DNA of 64,000 nucleotides from Victivallales bacterium (GTDB taxonomy: Bacteria; Verrucomicrobiota; Lentisphaeria; Victivallales; UBA1829), in the NCBI GenBank assembly GCA_045114455.1, contig JBGUKN010000072.1, positions 945-64,944 of the forward strand. Reading direction: 5' to 3'. Numbering within the stretch: position 1 is the first letter of the stretch; each line of letters begins with the position of its first letter. The notes below the pieces were generated by a model, which was not told where the DNA came from, did not search any database, and saw nothing but the letters and a program-made list of their open reading frames with translations. A program made the translations under genes and the position numbers. Of this stretch, positions 40,416 through 47,482 are shown one piece after another.

Positions 40416-41255
40416 ATGGAACTTGAAGAAACCGCCGCGGCCGGCAACCAGGCCATGGAAAATGCAGATGCGGCAGCAGAAACCGCAAAAGAAACAGTAA
40501 CGACCGATGAGATCAAGGCCGTCCCGATGGAAGACGGCGCCGCCGAAACCAACAACGGCGGATTTGACAGAATCGACAAGGAAGAAGCAGCTCCGCAGCC
40601 GCGCGGCGAACGTCCGCGCAGAACGCCCCCGCCGGTCAAGCCCGCCTCGGCGGAGTCCATGGAGGAAGCGAAGAGCGTCCTCGCCCATATGTTCGATTTC
40701 CTCGGTATCGACGCCAACGTCCGCGTGGAAAATAAACCGCGCTCCGTCAACCTCTACGTCTCCACCGACGACCCAGGCCGCGTGATCGGACATCACGGCA
40801 AGACGCTTGAAAACCTTCAGCTCATCGTGAACCGCATCATGCAGAAGACCGATTCGGAATTCCCGAAACTCTATATCGACATGGACGGCTCCCGCGAACG
40901 CCGTGCAGAACGCCGCGCGGAACGCGCCGAACGTCCTGAACACGGCGGCGAACGCCGCATGGAACGCGGCGAACGCTCCGGCCGCAGAGAATTCCGCGGC
41001 GAACGCAGAGACCGTTTCGACGGCGGCCGCAGATCGTCATTCTCCCATGACGACGTCCTGCGCCAGCAGGCTCTTGACGCAGCGAAGGAAGTCCACCAGT
41101 GGGGCGCCCCGAAGACACTTCCTCCGATGAATTCGCATGACCGCCGGATCGTCCACATCACGCTGGAAAGCGATCCCGCTCTGACGACCAACAGCATCGG
41201 CGACGGGGAAAACCGTTCCGTCGTGATCGCGCTGAAGGAAGAAGTCAACGCCTGA
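40416..41255 (+). CDS. jag: Jag/KhpB-like RNA-binding protein (KH plus R3H domains)
   Basis: GRVIGHHGKTLENLQLIVNRI (KH) and MNSHDRRIVHITL (R3H), with an Arg/Glu-rich linker. In the conserved position after yidC. Confidence 0.85.
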   Translation: MELEETAAAGNQAMENADAAAETAKETVTTDEIKAVPMEDGAAETNNGGFDRIDKEEAAPQPRGERPRRTPPPVKPASAESMEEAKSVLAHMFDFLGIDANVRVENKPRSVNLYVSTDDPGRVIGHHGKTLENLQLIVNRIMQKTDSEFPKLYIDMDGSRERRAERRAERAERPEHGGERRMERGERSGRREFRGERRDRFDGGRRSSFSHDDVLRQQALDAAKEVHQWGAPKTLPPMNSHDRRIVHITLESDPALTTNSIGDGENRSVVIALKEEVNA

Positions 41256-41300
41256 ATTCGATTCGCTTCTTTTTCGAAGCGATCAAACTGATTCAGGTTA

Positions 41301-41332
41301 AACCGCCGTATCGGAAAACGGCGGTTTTTTTG
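41301..41332 (+). terminator. Rho-independent terminator after jag
   Basis: AACCGCCGT / ACGGCGGTT 9-bp stem, 8-nt loop, then TTTTTTTG. Confidence 0.75.
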
Positions 41333-41399
41333 TATTCCGGAATACTTTTTTCTTCAAGTTGAAACACGGGATGAAAGCTTTGCAATAGTAATCCTGAAA

Positions 41400-41582
41400 G
41401 AAGCCAAATCCTGAAAAAACAAGCGTCTTAACACGTTCATATATATAGCATTAAGAAATCTCAGGAAAGAAAAACAAAAATAGAAAAAACTCAATTCAAA
41501 AAAACTTCCGAGAAAAAAAGCCGCTTCGTTATCCGAAAAAACAAAAAAATCAAAAAAAAAACATGCCAACGCAAAAAAAAAG
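41400..41582 (+). other. A-tract-rich, low-GC spacer at the left edge of the polysaccharide island
   Basis: Many A5-A10 runs on the plus strand (e.g. GAAAAAAC, CAAAAAAAT, CAAAAAAAAAAC, GCAAAAAAAAAG). Only a spurious 71-aa minus-strand ORF (41354-41569) overlaps it. Confidence 0.7.
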
Positions 41583-41610
41583 TTGATTTTTCCCTGTTGG
41601 GGGCTATATT
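41583..41610 (+). promoter_or_regulatory. Sigma-70-like promoter of the STAS/polysaccharide operon
   Basis: TTGATT (41583-41588), 16-nt spacer, TATATT (41605-41610), followed by the 5'-UTR hairpin GTCTCC-ACACGG-GGAGAC. Confidence 0.5.
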
Positions 41611-41669
41611 ATACTAAATATTGTCTCCACACGGGGAGACGGAAACTGCTAATCAGGAAGAAAACATCC

Positions 41670-42008
41670 ATGGAAATTTCCAACTTTGAAAACGACGGGA
41701 TAGAAATCATCCAGATCAAAGGGCATCTTTCTGCAGAAAATGCGGAAACTCTCCGGTCCAAATTTCTCGAACTGTTCGCCACCCAGCGGAAATTCGTGTT
41801 TGATCTTTCCGAGATGGAAAATCTGGACAGCACGGGGCTTGGAGCTCTGGTCTTCTGTCTGAAAAGCTGTACGGAATTCAACGGAACATTGATTCTGGCG
41901 AATTTAACGCAGCGTGCAAGAATGATTTTTGAGATCACGAAGGCGTACCGCATTTTTGATATTTACGACGAGCTTGACGAGGCGATCAAGGCAGCCCGCG
42001 AAGCATAA
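41670..42008 (+). CDS. STAS-domain anti-sigma-factor antagonist (SpoIIAA/RsbV-like)
   Basis: The ATG at 41670 gives a 112-aa protein. FDLSEMENLDSTGLGALV carries the conserved DS(T)G phospho-serine motif. ARMIFEITKAYRIFDIY. Confidence 0.85.
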   Translation: MEISNFENDGIEIIQIKGHLSAENAETLRSKFLELFATQRKFVFDLSEMENLDSTGLGALVFCLKSCTEFNGTLILANLTQRARMIFEITKAYRIFDIYDELDEAIKAAREA

Positions 42009-42014
42009 CCCCCG

Positions 42015-42028
42015 GCGGACGCGTCCGC
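42015..42028. repeat. Perfect 14-bp palindrome GCGGACGCGTCCGC just after the STAS stop
   Basis: Read directly. It is followed by an A-run, not a T-run, so it is not a classic terminator on the plus strand. Confidence 0.4.
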
Positions 42029-42081
42029 ACAAAAAGAAACCGCATAGGAGATGTGGGGATTTTGAACTTGGAGGCTGAACA

Positions 42082-42879
42082 ATGAGGCAGAACCGCCCGG
42101 AATCAGCAAGACAGGCACCCCAGGCCATGAAGCGGGATGAACAAACATCCGGCTTCGGTGCGTCTTTCCTGCAAGGCGACATTCCGTTTCTTGCCGGAAC
42201 GAAGTCTCCCTGTGCCAAACGATATGCGCTTATTCGCACGCGCAGCAAAAAGCTTTTCAAATTTCTTTCCATCGGTTGCAATCGCGTTTTCAAGCGCTGG
42301 ATGGATATCTGCGGCAGTTTGACGGCAATAACCCTGTTGTCCCCTGTTTTCGTCTTCGTCGCAATCTGGCTCAAACTCGATTCGCCCGGTCCGCTCATCT
42401 ACCGCCAGATCAGAGTCGGCCAATACGGACGCCCGTTCTATTTCTACAAGTTCCGCTCCATGTACATTGACTCCGACGCCCGTCGACTCGCGCTGGAAAA
42501 GGAGAACGAGTCCAAAGACGGCGTGATTTTCAAGATGAAAAACGATCCCCGGATCACAAGATGCGGTCGCTTTATCCGCAAATACAGCATCGACGAAACG
42601 CCGCAATTCTTCAATGTCCTTCTTGGTGACATGAGTCTGGTCGGCCCCCGGCCGCCGCTCCCCTCGGAAGTGGCACAATACACCCTTGACGATCGGAAAC
42701 GCCTGGATATTCTGCCGGGAATCACCTGTATTTGGCAGATTTCCGGGCGCAGCGACATCCCGTTCCGGGAACAGGTCGTCCTTGACAGGGAATACATCCG
42801 CGGGCAGGGCTTCTGGAAAGACGTCCTGATCCTGTTCAAGACGATTCCCGCGGTGATATCGGGAAAAGGAGCGTACTGA
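42082..42879 (+). CDS. Undecaprenyl-phosphate sugar-phosphate transferase (small bacterial sugar transferase, priming enzyme)
   Basis: KRWMDICGSLTAITLLSPVFVFVAIWLKLDSPGPLIYRQIRVGQYGRPFYFYKFRSM, DETPQFFNVLLGDMSLVGPRPP, PGITCIWQISGRSD. Confidence 0.9.
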   Translation: MRQNRPESARQAPQAMKRDEQTSGFGASFLQGDIPFLAGTKSPCAKRYALIRTRSKKLFKFLSIGCNRVFKRWMDICGSLTAITLLSPVFVFVAIWLKLDSPGPLIYRQIRVGQYGRPFYFYKFRSMYIDSDARRLALEKENESKDGVIFKMKNDPRITRCGRFIRKYSIDETPQFFNVLLGDMSLVGPRPPLPSEVAQYTLDDRKRLDILPGITCIWQISGRSDIPFREQVVLDREYIRGQGFWKDVLILFKTIPAVISGKGAY

Positions 42880-42880
42880 C

Positions 42881-44305
42881 ATGACAAAAGCGATCCTTTT
42901 CTGCTCAACACACGAAAACGCATGGCTGAAAGAGTATTTCCCGAATCACCCGGTTTATTTGCTTCCGTTCGCAAACAAACCAGCCATTGAGTATATTCTG
43001 GACTATTGTTTCCTTTGCGGGATCCATGATGTTAGAATCGTATCCGACGAAGAATCCGAAGCTCTGCGCGCCCAATACCGCAACGGCGAAATGCTGAGCA
43101 TGAACATCTCCTTCGGAAGCGTGAACTCCGCGTGTTCGGTCAGACGCGTCATCCTGCAAAACAAAGCTTTCTGCAGGGGCAGCGACATCCTGTTTTTCTC
43201 CGGCCTTTTCCTGCCCGAATATGACAAACGGATGCCGAACGAGCCGGGCATCGGCGCGGATGAACTGAAGGGATGCGTCTATGAAAACGGAAGCGCAGCC
43301 TGGTATCTGATCGGGCGGAACAGACTGGACAGCCTCCCGGACAAATGGGACGGTTTTCACGACGAAACTCCCGTCAGCGGCCAACCGGTCACGGATATTC
43401 TCGGCTATTACCGCCACAACATGCGTCTGGCCGGTCCCGACATCGAAAAATACAATTTGCCCGGTTTTCGTGAAGGTAAGAACAGTTACGTGGGGTATGA
43501 CGTTCAAATCCCGGGATCGGCCAGGATCCGACCGCCCGTAATTCTCGGAAACGGGATACAGTTTGGACGCAAAGCGCATGCCGGACCGAATGTGATTATC
43601 GGGGACAACTGCATCATCGACAACGGTACGACGATCCGGGACTCCATTGTTTTCGGCAACACCTACATCGGACGTGACCTGGAGATCAACGGGAAGATCT
43701 GTTGCGCAAATTGCATCATCGACCCGCAAACCGGAACCAGCATCAACCTTGCCAATCCGTCTGTCATCTCCGAAATGGAACCGGACGAATATGAAAAAAA
43801 ATCTTTTCTTCAACGTTTTCTGGCAGTTGTGCTGCTGCTGTTCCAGACGCCCCTCTATCTCCTGCTGAGGCCCTTTGTGGAGTTTCATTTTTCCCTGACG
43901 GAGTGTCTGACCGGCAGAGGAAACACTCGCACACTGGCATTGGACGGATATGCACTGCCGCGGGAAAGCATTGCCGGAAGTCTGTTCCACAGGTTCACAC
44001 TGAACAAATACCATCTTCTGCCGTATGCGGCAGCCGGGAAAATGCGGCTGGTCGGAAGCCATCTGCTGGAAGCGACCGAACACAACGAGCAGTTCATCCG
44101 GGATCTTCCAGGGTATGCACCCGGCATTTTTTCCTACAGCGAATACCTCGGCCATGAAAATGAGCCTTATCAATTTGAACTTGACGAGCAGTATTATGCA
44201 TATGCTATGAACTGCTGGTTTAACATCAAGATTTTGGCGGGAATCCTGCGGCGCAATCTGAGACGGGAAAACCGCAGCCTGCAACAGAGAGGAGCTATCG
44301 AATAA
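42881..44305 (+). CDS. Fusion protein: degenerate nucleotidyltransferase-like N-domain, hexapeptide-repeat (LbH) domain, TM segment, and degenerate sugar-transferase-like C-domain
   Basis: LLPFANKPAIEYILDYCFLCGIHDVRIV resembles sugar-1-P nucleotidyltransferases, but the GxGTRL loop is replaced by CSTHENAWL. The LbH run is ILGNGIQFG...IIGDNCIIDNGTTIRDSIVFGNTYIG. The C-terminus parallels the neighbouring transferase: MRLVGSHLL versus MSLVGPRPP, PGIFSYSE versus PGITCIWQ, and NKYHLLPY in place of DETPQFF. Confidence 0.6.
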   Translation: MTKAILFCSTHENAWLKEYFPNHPVYLLPFANKPAIEYILDYCFLCGIHDVRIVSDEESEALRAQYRNGEMLSMNISFGSVNSACSVRRVILQNKAFCRGSDILFFSGLFLPEYDKRMPNEPGIGADELKGCVYENGSAAWYLIGRNRLDSLPDKWDGFHDETPVSGQPVTDILGYYRHNMRLAGPDIEKYNLPGFREGKNSYVGYDVQIPGSARIRPPVILGNGIQFGRKAHAGPNVIIGDNCIIDNGTTIRDSIVFGNTYIGRDLEINGKICCANCIIDPQTGTSINLANPSVISEMEPDEYEKKSFLQRFLAVVLLLFQTPLYLLLRPFVEFHFSLTECLTGRGNTRTLALDGYALPRESIAGSLFHRFTLNKYHLLPYAAAGKMRLVGSHLLEATEHNEQFIRDLPGYAPGIFSYSEYLGHENEPYQFELDEQYYAYAMNCWFNIKILAGILRRNLRRENRSLQQRGAIE

Positions 44306-46395
44306 TGATTTTAACCGACCATGAAGATCCCGCCATCGAAGCAACCGCCGACAATTCCACTCCCACGGCAGAACAAAGATCTCTTCCCGTTTTCGTACAG
44401 ATTATTTATCTCTTCAAACGGGATATCTGGTGCTGGATCAATGCAGTCCAGAAAATGTGGTGGCTTTTCATCCTTGCTCCGCTGCTGTTCGCCTGTGCCA
44501 CTTTCTTTTTCAGAACCATGACGACCACCAACGTGTATGTGGCAAACTGCGGATTGATCCGCCAGGCCGTCGACACGCGGGACGGCGTTCTTCCTCCGGG
44601 ATATACGAATGTTCAGAGATCGATCATTATGAATCTTTTCAAGACCCGTGCAGTTTTGGAGGAGACCATCAAGCGGCTCAGCCTGCCGTATTCGTCCGAA
44701 CAGCTCTACAACAGCATTACCATCAAGGTGGAAAAGAATTCCGATTACTACGTTATCTCGGCTTCTTCAAAAGACCCGACGATTTCCGCCGCTTTGGCCA
44801 ATACCCTGGCCGACGTTTTCATTGAAGAATACAAAAAACTGATCCGGCGAAATCTGGAAGATCTGAACGACAGCTATGTGAGAACTCAGAATGAAATGGA
44901 AAAATTGCTGGCCGAGCAGGATGAGAAATTGAAAAAAATCAACGCCGAAAACAATCTGACAACCATTGAGAACGATATCGCCTTCAACAATCAGAGACTG
45001 CTTCAGATTGAAGACCAGCTGACTCGCAAATCGTCCTCGCTCGATTCCGCGAAACAGGCTCTGTTCGAGCTTCAGGGAGAACTGGTCAACACCCCGGAAG
45101 AAGTCGTGTCAAAAAGAGTAACAAGCACAGCAGTGGAAGACGAACTTTTGCGTGCGGAGAATCTGTTGCTTGAATACGAACAGGTCTATGCAAAAAACAA
45201 TCCCCTTTTGATCCAGCAGCGGGAAATCGTCAAAAAACTTAAGGCTGAAAAAGATCGGCTGAAAGAAGAAGAAGAAGAAGGCTCGAACGAAATCAATAAA
45301 CATGTCGAGGTCACCCGCAATCCGGCATATACACAAATTCAGGTGGCCATAGCCGCAAAAAAAGCCGAAATCTCCTCCCTTACCAACGATATCAAGCTCA
45401 ATAATGACAATGCGATTCAGCTGCGTGCGCGCCGCGAACTTCTGGCCGCGCTTCAGCCGACTCTCCGTCAGCTCGAAACCGATATCCAGCAAACGAAGAC
45501 CCAGCTCAACAACACGAAAGTCCAGATCACCACGATCAACAGCTTTTTGAGCCGCTCTTTCTCCGACATCTCCATTCAGGAACTTGCGAAAACACCCAAA
45601 GTCCCCCTCGGACGCAAACGCGGCATCTGGACTGTCGTCGGATTCATACTCGGAACCTTTTTGGCCTTTTCCATTACTTTCGTGTGCGAAATGTTCAACC
45701 TGACAGTTCGCTCCAACGTTGATATTGAACAGGCCCTCGGGATCAGAATGCTCGGAATGATCCCGCTTCTGGATCAGAAGCATCGCGCGGACTACTACAG
45801 TGCGCTGCAGACAATGACCAGTAATGGAAAGCTTTTCTTCACCCATGCATCGCCCGAGCATCCGGGTCTGATTGTATTCGCTCCGGACAAACGAACCGAT
45901 CAGGATGAAAAGATTCTGGAAGAATTCTGCGAAACGCTGAAAGTCCGCACGGGAAACAACTACGTCGTCATTTCTCCGATCAAAGAGGAGGACTTCTCCA
46001 TGAAACAGATGCCTCTTCTTATCAACGACTATTTATATCAGTTCACGGACACGGCGCCAAAACCTGGAAAAGACCATAAGGTTTTCTTCAGGCTGGACGA
46101 CCTTTCCTTTGTTTCGCCTCTTTCGGACGAACAGGTCCAGCGGATAAGAAATGCATATCAGTCCAAATCCATTTCGCTTATCATATGGGATCTTTTCGAG
46201 TTTGAACAGCATAGACAGCTTTTTGCGGAAATTGCCCGCAACGCCGATCTTACGGTCATTCCGATGAAATATGCACAGACTTCGAAAGTGAATATTTTCC
46301 GAATACTCCAGTTCCTGAGGTCTTTCCAGGTCAAAAATATTTTCGGATTCCTCCATAACGTCAATAACAAGCATTACAGCAAGGTGACATTATGA
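44305..46395 (+). CDS. Polysaccharide co-polymerase (Wzc/GumC-like, PCP-2a architecture) with a degenerate C-terminal kinase-like domain
   Basis: TM1, Wzz-like region, long coiled coil, TM2 (IWTVVGFILGTFLAFSITFV), then a P-loop-fold-like domain. That domain has VFAPDKRTDQDEK where Walker A GxxGxGK[ST] is expected, and there is no C-terminal Tyr cluster. The ATG overlaps the upstream stop. Confidence 0.75.
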   Translation: MILTDHEDPAIEATADNSTPTAEQRSLPVFVQIIYLFKRDIWCWINAVQKMWWLFILAPLLFACATFFFRTMTTTNVYVANCGLIRQAVDTRDGVLPPGYTNVQRSIIMNLFKTRAVLEETIKRLSLPYSSEQLYNSITIKVEKNSDYYVISASSKDPTISAALANTLADVFIEEYKKLIRRNLEDLNDSYVRTQNEMEKLLAEQDEKLKKINAENNLTTIENDIAFNNQRLLQIEDQLTRKSSSLDSAKQALFELQGELVNTPEEVVSKRVTSTAVEDELLRAENLLLEYEQVYAKNNPLLIQQREIVKKLKAEKDRLKEEEEEGSNEINKHVEVTRNPAYTQIQVAIAAKKAEISSLTNDIKLNNDNAIQLRARRELLAALQPTLRQLETDIQQTKTQLNNTKVQITTINSFLSRSFSDISIQELAKTPKVPLGRKRGIWTVVGFILGTFLAFSITFVCEMFNLTVRSNVDIEQALGIRMLGMIPLLDQKHRADYYSALQTMTSNGKLFFTHASPEHPGLIVFAPDKRTDQDEKILEEFCETLKVRTGNNYVVISPIKEEDFSMKQMPLLINDYLYQFTDTAPKPGKDHKVFFRLDDLSFVSPLSDEQVQRIRNAYQSKSISLIIWDLFEFEQHRQLFAEIARNADLTVIPMKYAQTSKVNIFRILQFLRSFQVKNIFGFLHNVNNKHYSKVTL

Positions 46396-47447
46396 TTTTC
46401 AAAGCCTCTCGTTTTCTGCGTTTTTTCCTGCCTGCCGTCTCCTTTGTCATAACTGCATGCAATACTACTCCGTTCGGAGGAATCGCCGTTCCCAGCATGA
46501 CATCCGTTGAACCCAAACAGGACGGGGATGCTTATGCCATTCAGGAGGAATTGAAAGCGCTGCATACCGTAAATACCACCCCTTATATCATTCGTCCCGG
46601 AGATACGTTCCAAATGTCCGTCTATAATCAGCCGACTCTCACCACAAGTGTGCTGATTGCACCGGACGGAACGACCAGTCTTCCTCTGATCGGCATTTTG
46701 AAACTCAGCGGAATGAACATGGAAGACGCCATGAATTTGATAGAAAAGAAGTTTTCCGCCTATTTGAAGTCTCCATATGTCACTTTGGCTCCTTTGTCGG
46801 TAAGCGGTTACTATTTCACGATTGCGGGCCGAGTCGTGAGACCCGGCAACTACACGGTGTCCCTCGGACAAACCAAGATGCTTGATGCAATCGCTCTTTC
46901 CGGCGGTTTTCAAACGGGGTCACTTAACGGCGACACGGTCGAGCTCGCCGATCTGGACAACGCCTATATCAAGCGCGACGGGAAAAAACTGCCTGTAGAC
47001 TTCAGAAAACTTGTTTATGAAGGAGACGATCTGCAAAACATTCCTGTTTTGAACGGGGATTATATCTATGTGCCGTCGACGATCAATGGGTCCATTATTT
47101 TCCTCGGGGAAGTCGGACGGAACACATATGTCGGGTTCTCGGAAGGAATGACGCTGTTGCAGGGACTTTCCTACACGAACGGCTTGAATACAGCCTCATA
47201 CAGTTCCATCATTCGCATTATCCGCGGCGGCCTGAATAACACTGTCGTTTATACCGTTGATGTCGACCTGATTCTGAAAGGAAAGATGAGGGATTTCAAG
47301 CTGAATGCGAACGACATCGTTTATGTACCGCAAGACGGGCTCACAAAATGGAACCTGATGATCAAGAAACTCCTGCCGACACTTCAGTTCTTCAATCTGC
47401 TGGCCGGTCCGTTCGGATCCAATATACGCGGGTTTTTCGATCTTTGA
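46392..47447 (+). CDS. Polysaccharide export outer-membrane lipoprotein (Wza-like: Poly_export plus SLBB domains)
   Basis: Lipobox AVSFVITAC. YIIRPGDTFQMSVYNQP...IAPDGTTSLPLIGILKLSGMNMED. The ATGA overlap with the upstream gene suggests translational coupling. Confidence 0.85.
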   Translation: MIFKASRFLRFFLPAVSFVITACNTTPFGGIAVPSMTSVEPKQDGDAYAIQEELKALHTVNTTPYIIRPGDTFQMSVYNQPTLTTSVLIAPDGTTSLPLIGILKLSGMNMEDAMNLIEKKFSAYLKSPYVTLAPLSVSGYYFTIAGRVVRPGNYTVSLGQTKMLDAIALSGGFQTGSLNGDTVELADLDNAYIKRDGKKLPVDFRKLVYEGDDLQNIPVLNGDYIYVPSTINGSIIFLGEVGRNTYVGFSEGMTLLQGLSYTNGLNTASYSSIIRIIRGGLNNTVVYTVDVDLILKGKMRDFKLNANDIVYVPQDGLTKWNLMIKKLLPTLQFFNLLAGPFGSNIRGFFDL

Positions 47448-47482
47448 TATGAATCACGGGGGCATTGCAGGGGAAAAGCCAT

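Noticed and set aside
42905-44344. 479-aa minus-strand ORF inside the lower-GC island
   Set aside because: A long antisense ORF is less expected at this GC, so I checked it. The translation has no recognisable motif, TM pattern or start context. The plus-strand frame shows LbH repeats, a TM segment, an SD-preceded ATG and start/stop coupling with its neighbours.
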